IMG/VR virus record: IMGVR_UViG_3300042862_000163 | Location: 1-64,000 of that record | DNA length: 64,000 bases | DNA from: a virus | Taxonomy: Duplodnaviria > Caudoviricetes | Strand: one strand, 5' to 3' | Shown: positions 1-7,000 of the stretch, one piece after another | How the letters are laid out: each line of letters opens with the position of its first letter | Position numbering within the stretch: the stretch's first letter is position 1 | Notes under the pieces: generated by a model | Seen by the model: the letters and a program-made list of their open reading frames with translations, nothing else | Told to the model about the DNA's origin: nothing | The model's database searches: none | Program-made: the position numbers and the translations under genes

Positions 1-849
1 TCTATTATAAATCCATTCTAAATGATTAACTTCTTCCTCACTATAACTTCTTTCTTGTTGCTTTAACTCATATTCTTCTTTGGCTTTAAGATAACCTTCT
101 CTTGAAGATTTTAAATCATCCATAGCTAAAGTAAATTGATTATAAGTTTCTTGTTGCCATTTAGCACCAAACTCAAAACCCGTAATGAAATCTGTATCAT
201 TATCAACTTCTGAACGCGGTAAGAATGACAAAGCAGCTTCTTCAAGTGTTTCTTGTTGTTTAGCATTTGCAATAAACCTTTCCATTATTTTATCTTGTTT
301 AGTTTCTTCTTTTAATGCTCTTTCTTTTAAAGTTTCTTCTGAAAGATGAATACCTTTACAATTTTTAGGATGTTCTTGACAAGCAAAATTATCTGCATAA
401 TATAAATCTACACCACATTTTATACAAACATTTGTAAGTTTAGGTTCTTCTTTTGGAGTGATTAATAAATGAGAACAACCACTTTCATCAAAGTATGGAA
501 CTTTAATAGTTTTAACCTCCTCACAACTTGGATTCTTTACAAACCATTTTAAAAACTCATCATCAATAGCTTGTACACCATCTGCAATTAAATCTTGGTC
601 TGTTGTTAGGATTATTTTTTTACAATTTTTATCAGATGATTGATAGAAAATTGATTTCATTACTATGTTATGAGTTAAATCATAATAGTAACCTTCTTTA
701 ATTTCTTCATCAGAAGTGATGTAGATGTTATAGCATTTTTTATGTTGAGTGCTTATTCTCGGTATTTCACAAAACTCATAATGTTTGTAACGACTATTTA
801 TATATAACCTGCTCGGTTTATCTGTTGGTAATATGTGTAGTTTATTCAT
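1..849 (-). CDS. Hypothetical phage protein (3' end runs off the window)
   Basis: ATG at 849-847, hand-translated MNKLHILPTDKPSRLY...YITSDEEIKEG...KKIILTTDQDLIADGVQAIDDEFLKWFVKNPSCEEV; no stop seen before the window edge, so absent from the ORF track. Confidence 0.75.
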   Translation of the reverse strand, partial: MNKLHILPTDKPSRLYINSRYKHYEFCEIPRISTQHKKCYNIYITSDEEIKEGYYYDLTHNIVMKSIFYQSSDKNCKKIILTTDQDLIADGVQAIDDEFLKWFVKNPSCEEVKTIKVPYFDESGCSHLLITPKEEPKLTNVCIKCGVDLYYADNFACQEHPKNCKGIHLSEETLKERALKEETKQDKIMERFIANAKQQETLEEAALSFLPRSEVDNDTDFITGFEFGAKWQQETYNQFTLAMDDLKSSREGYLKAKEEYELKQQERSYSEEEVNHLEWIYNR

Positions 850-1006
850 CTGTTTTTTGTTTAGGTTTCTTTTCTAATGATTCCATTAGTTTAAGTTTAC
901 ATTTTTGACATTGTAATGCATCTATAAATCCTGTAGAGATAATAGTTCTACATGTATGACAGAGAGTTGCTCCTCTGCCATTATTAAACTTGTGTATAGG
1001 CTTCAT
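842..1006 (-). CDS. Small Zn-ribbon protein (54 aa)
   Basis: Hand-translated MKPIHKFNNGRGATLCHTCRTIISTGFIDALQCQKCKLK...; two CxxC pairs; stop overlaps the next start. Confidence 0.65.
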   Translation of the reverse strand: MKPIHKFNNGRGATLCHTCRTIISTGFIDALQCQKCKLKLMESLEKKPKQKTDE

Positions 1007-1009
1007 ATT

Positions 1010-1129
1010 CTATTTATTTACAGATTTAGGTGTACACACATGTCCATCACTCCATTTGATTCCTGGAGGTGGTGTTGTTTCTGATGAGCTGTATTTTGTA
1101 CCACACTCACTACATTCAAATTTATTCAT
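1010..1129 (-). CDS. Small Cys/His microprotein (39 aa)
   Basis: MNKFECSECGTKYSSSETTPPPGIKWSDGHVCTPKSVNK; CxxC...HxC; tightly packed in the operon. Confidence 0.55.
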   Translation of the reverse strand: MNKFECSECGTKYSSSETTPPPGIKWSDGHVCTPKSVNK

Positions 1130-1241
1130 ATTTTATCCAATTTTTTAATTTTTCAAGTTTTGATTTTTGTCCTATCATTCCAAAAACAAATGCTAATATG
1201 AAAGCAATATAAACTTTTATAATATAAATTATGTCTTTCAT
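1122..1241 (-). CDS. Small single-TM protein (39 aa)
   Basis: MKDIIYIIKVYIAFILAFVFGMIGQKSKLEKLKNWIKYE; overlaps the next start. Confidence 0.5.
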   Translation of the reverse strand: MKDIIYIIKVYIAFILAFVFGMIGQKSKLEKLKNWIKYE

Positions 1242-1305
1242 AATTTCTTTTGTTAATGATTAAACAATTAGGCTCCTGTTATTACACAAGAGCCCTTTTG
1301 CCCCC

Positions 1306-1452
1306 TTAATAACCCAACTGTTCCAGCTGGTTTATATTGGCTTCTACAATATACACACCTTGTGTAATTGAACAGGCAAATGCAATACTCATTGCAAATG
1401 CTAATTTTCGGAATTGATAAAAGTCCACAGGACTTAATTTAATTGTCTTCAT
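1306..1452 (-). CDS. Hypothetical protein (48 aa)
   Basis: MKTIKLSPVDFYQFRKLAFAMSIAFACSITQGVYIVEANINQLEQLGY; preceded by the AATCCTTAATAAC leader motif. Confidence 0.6.
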   Translation of the reverse strand: MKTIKLSPVDFYQFRKLAFAMSIAFACSITQGVYIVEANINQLEQLGY

Positions 1453-1481
1453 GTTTTTATAGTTATTAAGGATTAATACAA

Positions 1482-1510
1482 AATAAAAAAGCCTCCATTA
1501 CAGAGGCTTT
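1482..1510 (-). terminator. Intrinsic terminator closing the ncRNA island
   Basis: Minus strand AAAGCCTC-TGTAATG-GAGGCTTT followed by TTTATTT. Confidence 0.75.
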
Positions 1511-1514
1511 GATT

Positions 1515-1732
1515 GAGAGTTTATTCATTGCAACTCACAAGTGTTCCCTATCCACAGAGACCATAGCTTACAAGTTTAAAATGTGTGGATGTAAGACCAC
1601 TTGATAGAACTTCACATACTTGGTCTCAGACCTATTCTATCTGGTAACACTGAGCTGTTACAGGGCAATTCACGACACTTAGCTTTGTCCAATTGCTTGT
1701 TGCTTTCCTAGTGCTAAGATCAAACAACAGAT
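1515..1732 (-). ncRNA. Predicted structured RNA domain of unknown family
   Basis: ATCTG/CAGAT closes three hairpins; loop-loop complementarity CTTAGC/GCTAAG and CTCAG/CTGAG; further helices GATAGAA/TTCTATC and GAGACCA/TGGTCTY. Confidence 0.45.
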
Positions 1733-1733
1733 G

Positions 1734-1845
1734 TGATTGAGACAGGAATCGAACCTGTAAGGTATAACCACTGAACGTGGAGATGGAAGTTAATTCTTCT
1801 TTTACAATACCAACCTGTGAGCATTTACCATTTCGCCACTCAATC
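1734..1845 (-). ncRNA. tRNA-like RNA B (112 nt) with a non-canonical, enlarged anticodon/variable region
   Basis: Acceptor GATTGAG/CTCAATC+A, D arm TGGCGAAATGGTAAATGC, T arm ACAGG-TTCGATT-CCTGT; the middle has extra hairpins GAAG/CTTC and CCAC/GTGG and no clean anticodon arm. Confidence 0.7.
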
Positions 1846-2029
1846 ATTTAATAGATTTTAAATGTCTCTAACTTACTTATAGTGTCTCACGTTACTTTCA
1901 GTTAGAGTTACATTAATAGAAAGCCTAATTGAGCTACAGTCTAAAGCTTGATGTATACTTGAGATACACATCTTCTAAATTAACAATTACTCCATGTACC
2001 AGTAACTTTACTATTATATGTCTGGCTCG

Positions 2030-2421
2030 TGGAGGTGGGGAGAGTCGAACTCCCGTCCAAATTACTTTCATTAATACAATTTATACAGCTTCACGTTTCT
2101 TTAAACTCTTTACGTTAGAAAGGTCAACTAATTAAAGAAGACTCCACCAGAATGTTTTTAAGGAATCATACAAACCTCCTTATGGCAAATGTTATTGTCT
2201 GTAGCCAGTGTGTGACAGATTTAATGCTTATGCAGCCATTTCTAGCTCTTCAACATTAGAGTTAATTAATGAAAAAACTTTGCTCATGTTAGCGTTAACT
2301 TGGTTAACATCTAACGAAATTACTTTGTTGTCATTTATTAAAATTCACCTTAGTTTTAGCCAGTTATCTCTCTGGGCTGATTGTATCAATTAGTAGTAAC
2401 CTGTCAAAACCAGTCACCCCC
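2030..2421 (-). ncRNA. ssrA: Phage-encoded tmRNA (one-piece)
   Basis: 5' GGGGGTGACTGGTTTTGACAG; 3' GACGGGAGTTCGACTCTCCCCACCTCCA; acceptor GGGGGTG/CACCTCC with the G3:U70 Ala determinant; internal tag frame 2332-2228 ending MAA-stop. Confidence 0.93.
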
Positions 2422-2424
2422 AAT

Positions 2425-2620
2425 TTCCCTCATGTGAGGGCACTTATCATTTCGGTAGCGTAGCACAATCAACTGATTGCACCTCGAGCCTTTAATTCTA
2501 TGTGAGAGCATTTAGTACCCTCTTTCTTATAGTTATTAAAACCGACTAAAACTTCCTATAAGAGTAGGGTCACGTAATTAATTGTCTTACACATTTAGAC
2601 GATTTCCTCACGAATGAAGA
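2425..2620 (-). ncRNA. Predicted structured RNA domain immediately 5' of the tmRNA
   Basis: Closing helix CTTCAT..GTGAGG/CCTCAC-ATGAGG; internal stems GTCT/AGAC, ACCCT..TCTTATAG/CTATAAGA..AGGGT, GGTGCAATC/GATTGTGCT; possible pseudoknots ATGTG/CACAT and TCGGT/ACCGA. Confidence 0.45.
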
Positions 2621-2650
2621 ATATGTGGATTTGAACCACTATTTTTTAAC

Positions 2651-2732
2651 TACTTGCTGAGAACTCATTTGTGTTGTGGCAATGTTCTCTAGGTTTGCCA
2701 AATCTTTTTCCTTTCTCAAGGGAACAACACAA
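2651..2732 (-). ncRNA. Compact pseudoknotted three-way-junction RNA motif
   Basis: P1 TTGTGTTG/CAACACAA, P2 TTCC/GGAA around CTTGAGAAA, P3 TGGCAA/TTGCCA, pseudoknot GAGAAC (P3 loop) with the 3' GTTCTC. Confidence 0.55.
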
Positions 2733-2854
2733 TTCAATGTTACCATGAATATCCAATTTTTAAAGTGGCTTTCGATGTTCAGTCCACTATTACCAATCTA
2801 ATTCTATGCTTCCAAGTTTCATTAAGGCCTATGAATTAGTAACAGTCTCCTCGG

Positions 2855-2958
2855 TAGTCAGGACAGGATTCGAACCTGTATAATTAGCTTACGATTATCT
2901 AATTACCCGCTTTTCCAAGCAGCTAGGGGTTGCGTCTATCCAATTCCGCCACCTGACT
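2855..2958 (-). ncRNA. tRNA-like RNA A (104 nt), Leu-type D arm, anticodon arm replaced
   Basis: Acceptor AGTCAGG/CCTGACT+A, D arm TGGCGGAATTGGATAGACGC, T arm ACAGG-TTCGAAT-CCTGT; middle ACCC..GCTT-GGAA-AAGC-GGGT plus an AATTAG/CTAATT arm. Confidence 0.72.
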
Positions 2959-3047
2959 TAGCTTCACACAGCTTAGCTATTTTATCTTTTGTATCACTCT
3001 AGTGAGTTTTAAACTGACTACACTGATATGAAACATAAATATCCCTG

Positions 3048-3078
3048 CAAATATAATTCACAGGGATTAATAATCAAA
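3048..3078 (-). promoter_or_regulatory. Bacteroidota sigma70-type promoter driving the ncRNA island, overlapping a terminator-like hairpin
   Basis: Minus strand TTTG (3078-3075), 19 nt, TATATTTG (3055-3048) matches -33 TTTG / -7 TAnnTTTG; the -7 box lies within hairpin ATCCCTG..CAGGGAT (3067-3041). Confidence 0.7.
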
Positions 3079-3079
3079 A

Positions 3080-4465
3080 CTATTTTTTAGTTATTTGTAA
3101 CTTACCTGCTTCTTTTGAATGAGAATACACTGATTGATCTTCATTCACTTGAATTAGTTTACCACCAGTTTGAAGACAAAGATGTTTTAAATCATCATTA
3201 TATTCCATCAATGTAATAGCATTCACTTTATAAGGGAACTTCTTTGTATTGATTCTATCTTGTCCATCATTGATAATTAATATCTCTGGTTTCTCTTCAA
3301 ATAAATCTACATCTAAGTTACAAAGTTTGTGCTCATTAATTTCAGAAGCAATTCTTTCAACCATATCTGCCACTTCAGTTGATCCACCATCAGGTTCATT
3401 AGAGAATGTTTGCCAAAATGATATAACATCTTCTCTGTTCTTGATATGTTGAAATTCTAAATCATCTGCATCATGTACAAAATAACTAAAGAATACTTCA
3501 GCTTCTCCTCTCATTACATATTTGAATCTATCTATAAGAATAGCATTAACCCAAATTTGTTTTTCAGGGTCATCCATACTACCAGAGAAATCTAATATAA
3601 TGATAATCTTCTGCTTCTGTTCTTTTCTATCAACTGGAACATTTACTGTTAAGTCTTTAGTTAAGAATTTAATATCAAAGTTAGGAAGAAGTCTTTGATA
3701 AAGATCAATCATTGTTAATTGATCATGACTTCTCATTATCGTTTTAAGATATTGATCAGAGTTAGCAACTATTTTCTCATCTATTTCCTTCTCCACTTTG
3801 AATTCAGTACCAAATTCACCAACAAGAGATAAAAGATTTAATATCTCCATTGATCTCTCTTTACTCATTTCATTAAGATTCAATTGTTCATTGATACTTG
3901 GATCAGTATATAGAGTTCTATCGAAATCTAACCCTTTCTTCATATCCACTTCAGTATCATCTTCATCTTTCTCACCAGACTCACCAGCACTGTTATCTTT
4001 TAGTTTTAAATAAATAGATATAGCTTGTTCCAATGGTGTGAATCCAGGAATATATTGATCATAGATACTATCGAACAATTGTTTCTTTCCTCTTTGAGTA
4101 TCACTTTGTTGATCTTCTTCAATGAATGCATCAGCTATGTAGTCTTTTTCATCAATCATTTTGAAATAACATACACGAGCTAGTTCTTTAATCATATCAA
4201 TAGAGTCTTGTTTTCTTACATTGACTTTCTTCTTGATATCCACAGCAGTTGGTGTTAGATAATGTACTGGATCTTTGACGAATAAACTATCATCATTATC
4301 TTCATACGAAACTACAAATGAATAGTTAGACCAACTACTCTTTGACCAACCACCACTACCATATTTACTTTTCCATCCTCCATTACTCCTTTTTTTTGGA
4401 GTAAATGAAGAAGGAGTATACAAATCTTCATAATCTGTATACTCATTTCCCCATAAATCTTTCAT
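3080..4465 (-). CDS. VWA-domain (MIDAS) protein, ViaA-like partner of the MoxR ATPase
   Basis: ILDFSGSM (DxSxS), GGST, IINDG motifs; coupled to the upstream AAA+ gene. Confidence 0.85.
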   Translation of the reverse strand: MKDLWGNEYTDYEDLYTPSSFTPKKRSNGGWKSKYGSGGWSKSSWSNYSFVVSYEDNDDSLFVKDPVHYLTPTAVDIKKKVNVRKQDSIDMIKELARVCYFKMIDEKDYIADAFIEEDQQSDTQRGKKQLFDSIYDQYIPGFTPLEQAISIYLKLKDNSAGESGEKDEDDTEVDMKKGLDFDRTLYTDPSINEQLNLNEMSKERSMEILNLLSLVGEFGTEFKVEKEIDEKIVANSDQYLKTIMRSHDQLTMIDLYQRLLPNFDIKFLTKDLTVNVPVDRKEQKQKIIIILDFSGSMDDPEKQIWVNAILIDRFKYVMRGEAEVFFSYFVHDADDLEFQHIKNREDVISFWQTFSNEPDGGSTEVADMVERIASEINEHKLCNLDVDLFEEKPEILIINDGQDRINTKKFPYKVNAITLMEYNDDLKHLCLQTGGKLIQVNEDQSVYSHSKEAGKLQITKK

Positions 4466-5781
4466 TATATAAATTGTGCTATTTGAAGATTCTTTTTACA
4501 CTTATCTATCACTGCAACAGCTGCTTTTACAAGTTGAGTATGCATGCTTACAAGATCATCATTAACTGTTAATGATCTAAGATCACTTAATTTATCAGTA
4601 AGACTCTTAAGAATGATTTTGTATGCTGTCTCATCAGTTCTAGTTGATAATGGAGTTTCACTTATTGCTGACATTATATCAGTTAGTTCCCCTGACATTT
4701 GTCTGAACTTAATTGTTCCCTCAAATGTTTTGATAGCTTCAGCTATTAATGCAGGTTTCTTTGTGAATTCAGCAATGAAACTTAATGCTTCTGGTCCACA
4801 TTGATCATACACTGAATAAGCTGTTACAGCAATCCTTGGACTGATTGTAATACCATTCTTTGCATACTCTTGTAACAAGTATGGAATAACTGGATCTACA
4901 TTATCAACACCAAATTTGCTTTCCAACAATTTGTTGTAACTGATCTCAGTATAATTATCCCAAATAACATTTAACTCAAGAGGAAATCTCTCCATCAATG
5001 CTCTTAATGACATATTCTTAGAGAATTCATCACGAGTTCTATTTGTACAACAAATGATGAACTTAGTCTTGATTGGATACACTTGTGTACCATTTCTAAA
5101 CACACCACTTGATAGAATATCTTTTAATTGCTCTAAAATAAAATCAGGAGCATCAAACATCTCTTCAAATACAACATATTCATGATCCATAAATGAATTC
5201 TCTACAAGATATTCTATTTTACCTGTCTTATTGAATTTTAATATATTCATACCACCAAATAATCTATCTGTGGTCATACCTGTACCCATTGTAATAACGT
5301 AAGGCTGAATACCTCTTTCTTTTAGGAAATCTAATGTTTTCTCTGATTTTCCGTGTCCTCCTGGACCATAAAGAACAATATTCTTACAGGTGTTGAAACC
5401 TATGTTAAGAACTTGATCTGTCTTGTCCATGAATACGAATTTCTCTGTAGCTGTTTCTGTAACGTTTTCTAAATTGTTCATCTGTTTTTCTTTTGTTATT
5501 AAGGATTTGTTTAAATTAATTTGTTCTAAAATTTGTTCTATTGGCATTTCTGGTTCGTTCAATATAAAATCATGTGAATGATACCAATAGCCTTCTATTT
5601 TGAAATTATTATCATTATCCATGTGATTTTCTATTATGTCAATCCATTCATCATCTATATCTTCTCCTAAGACAACATTCATATCACCATTAGTATTCCA
5701 ACCTACTGGAGAATCAATTCGTTTATCCCATTTACCAATGTCTTTAAATTCTTCTTTTGTTCTAAATCTATATTTACTCAT
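4465..5781 (-). CDS. MoxR/RavA-like AAA+ ATPase (possible internal start at 5481)
   Basis: Walker A GPGGHGKS, Walker B VVFEE, sensor CTN, Arg finger ALMERF; adjacent VWA gene. Confidence 0.85.
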   Translation of the reverse strand: MSKYRFRTKEEFKDIGKWDKRIDSPVGWNTNGDMNVVLGEDIDDEWIDIIENHMDNDNNFKIEGYWYHSHDFILNEPEMPIEQILEQINLNKSLITKEKQMNNLENVTETATEKFVFMDKTDQVLNIGFNTCKNIVLYGPGGHGKSEKTLDFLKERGIQPYVITMGTGMTTDRLFGGMNILKFNKTGKIEYLVENSFMDHEYVVFEEMFDAPDFILEQLKDILSSGVFRNGTQVYPIKTKFIICCTNRTRDEFSKNMSLRALMERFPLELNVIWDNYTEISYNKLLESKFGVDNVDPVIPYLLQEYAKNGITISPRIAVTAYSVYDQCGPEALSFIAEFTKKPALIAEAIKTFEGTIKFRQMSGELTDIMSAISETPLSTRTDETAYKIILKSLTDKLSDLRSLTVNDDLVSMHTQLVKAAVAVIDKCKKNLQIAQFI

Positions 5782-5792
5782 AGCTTTGATAT

Positions 5793-5817
5793 AAAAGGAG
5801 AGCCATTACAGCTCTCC
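5793..5817 (-). terminator. Terminator-like hairpin with TGTAATG loop
   Basis: Minus strand GGAGAGC-TGTAATG-GCTCTCC-TTTT. Confidence 0.55.
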
Positions 5818-5826
5818 CAATTAGTT

Positions 5827-6228
5827 TTACTCTTCATTGTCCTCTTCAGACTGTCTATTCTGAATTGCATTTCGAATCTTATCTAGAATATCTTTTAACC
5901 CTTGAGGTAATTCTCCATCTTCTGATTGAAGAGAACGTTTAATCATCTCTTTGTGAATCTCTTCCATTTTATCACGTAGATAGAATGATGATAGTATCAC
6001 AAGTTGAGAATAACTAAACTCATTTAATGATGCTTCAACTAATTCACTTGGTGAACATCCATCATCTTCATCATCATCACTAGTTAAACTATCAACTATA
6101 GAATCATTTGTTCTACAAACTATTCTCTTTACAATTTCTTGTAAATCATCAAGATATTCTGGTGCTACACCAATTGCTTTGTCTAATTTCTTTTGACCGT
6201 GGTCAAATGTAAAAATGCTTGTGCTCAT
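5827..6228 (-). CDS. Hypothetical acidic protein
   Basis: 133-aa ORF with the leader motif directly before its ATG. Confidence 0.75.
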   Translation of the reverse strand: MSTSIFTFDHGQKKLDKAIGVAPEYLDDLQEIVKRIVCRTNDSIVDSLTSDDDEDDGCSPSELVEASLNEFSYSQLVILSSFYLRDKMEEIHKEMIKRSLQSEDGELPQGLKDILDKIRNAIQNRQSEEDNEE

Positions 6229-6252
6229 GTTATTAAGGATTTAATTAATTAA

Positions 6253-6420
6253 TTATTTTTTGTTACGTTCTTCTTCTATTCTCATACCAATATATATTGG
6301 TAATAAAAATGGTGCTGCTAAAAATGCTACCCATGCATATTTATATTTACCATTTTTCTTTTCATCTTCTATTATCATGCCTAGCATGACTAAATAGCAT
6401 ATTATACAATACAATATCAT
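6253..6420 (-). CDS. Small two-TM membrane protein (55 aa), paralog 1
   Basis: MILYCIICYLVMLGMIIEDEKKNGKYKYAWVAFLAAPFLLPIYIGMRIEEERNKK. Confidence 0.65.
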   Translation of the reverse strand: MILYCIICYLVMLGMIIEDEKKNGKYKYAWVAFLAAPFLLPIYIGMRIEEERNKK

Positions 6421-6572
6421 TGTAATAATGTTTGTCTAATGTCTATTGTTCTCTCTGATATAATTCCTTTCTTGAAGTTCCAGATCACTTCAACAACAAG
6501 TCTCTTAGCTTTGATAGCTCTTAGTTTATTAGTTGATCCAACTAATGTTCCTTTGTTAATTCTTGGTCTCAT
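6417..6572 (-). CDS. Small basic protein (51 aa)
   Basis: MRPRINKGTLVGSTNKLRAIKAKRLVVEVIWNFKKGIISERTIDIRQTLLQ; ATGA overlap with the downstream gene. Confidence 0.6.
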   Translation of the reverse strand: MRPRINKGTLVGSTNKLRAIKAKRLVVEVIWNFKKGIISERTIDIRQTLLQ

Positions 6573-6723
6573 CGTCTGTAGCTGTTTTAACTATCCATCC
6601 TAATAATAAAGGAAATGATAATGGTGCAAAAATTAATATTAACCAACCAAAAAATGTGATTTCTTGATCTTTACCTAATGCCATACCTCCCATAAAGAAA
6701 TATGAAAATAAAATATAATACAT
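6556..6723 (-). CDS. Small two-TM membrane protein (55 aa), paralog 2
   Basis: MYYILFSYFFMGGMALGKDQEITFFGWLILIFAPLSFPLLLGWIVKTATDDETKN. Confidence 0.65.
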   Translation of the reverse strand: MYYILFSYFFMGGMALGKDQEITFFGWLILIFAPLSFPLLLGWIVKTATDDETKN

Positions 6724-6733
6724 AATTTACTGA

Positions 6734-7000
6734 TTAAAGGATTAATGAAATAACTTTTACTATACCAATGATAACAAATACTGCAGTGAATCCAATAATT
6801 ACTGCAGTTAACATTTTGTTCTCTGCTGTATAGATTTCTTTCTGCTGTTCTAATATATCTATTATATCATCTTTAGCCTTCAACATTTTATCTGCTGTTC
6901 CTAGCACCTTGTCTTGATATTCTACTAATTCTCTAAAATCTTCAACTTGTTTGCGTAATACATTGATAGTATTATCAGCTTGTGGTTTTTCTTTTGCCAT
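6734..7000 (-). CDS. Coiled-coil protein with C-terminal TM anchor
   Basis: Heptad-rich body and hydrophobic C-terminus AVIIGFTAVFVIIGIV. Confidence 0.7.
   Translation of the reverse strand: MAKEKPQADNTINVLRKQVEDFRELVEYQDKVLGTADKMLKAKDDIIDILEQQKEIYTAENKMLTAVIIGFTAVFVIIGIVKVISLIL

Noticed and set aside
1632-2393. ORF-track calls 1632-1847(-), 1929-2135(+) and 2208-2393(+)
   Set aside because: They overlap or are antisense to the tRNA-like RNA and tmRNA; no protein-like features
2612-2690. Possible third tRNA around GTGG-TTCAAAT-CCAC
   Set aside because: Only a T-arm-like hairpin; no convincing acceptor or D arm
2762-2790. Hammerhead-like CTGA..GAAA segment on the minus strand
   Set aside because: Core is CTGAACA rather than CUGANGA and the three stems cannot be built
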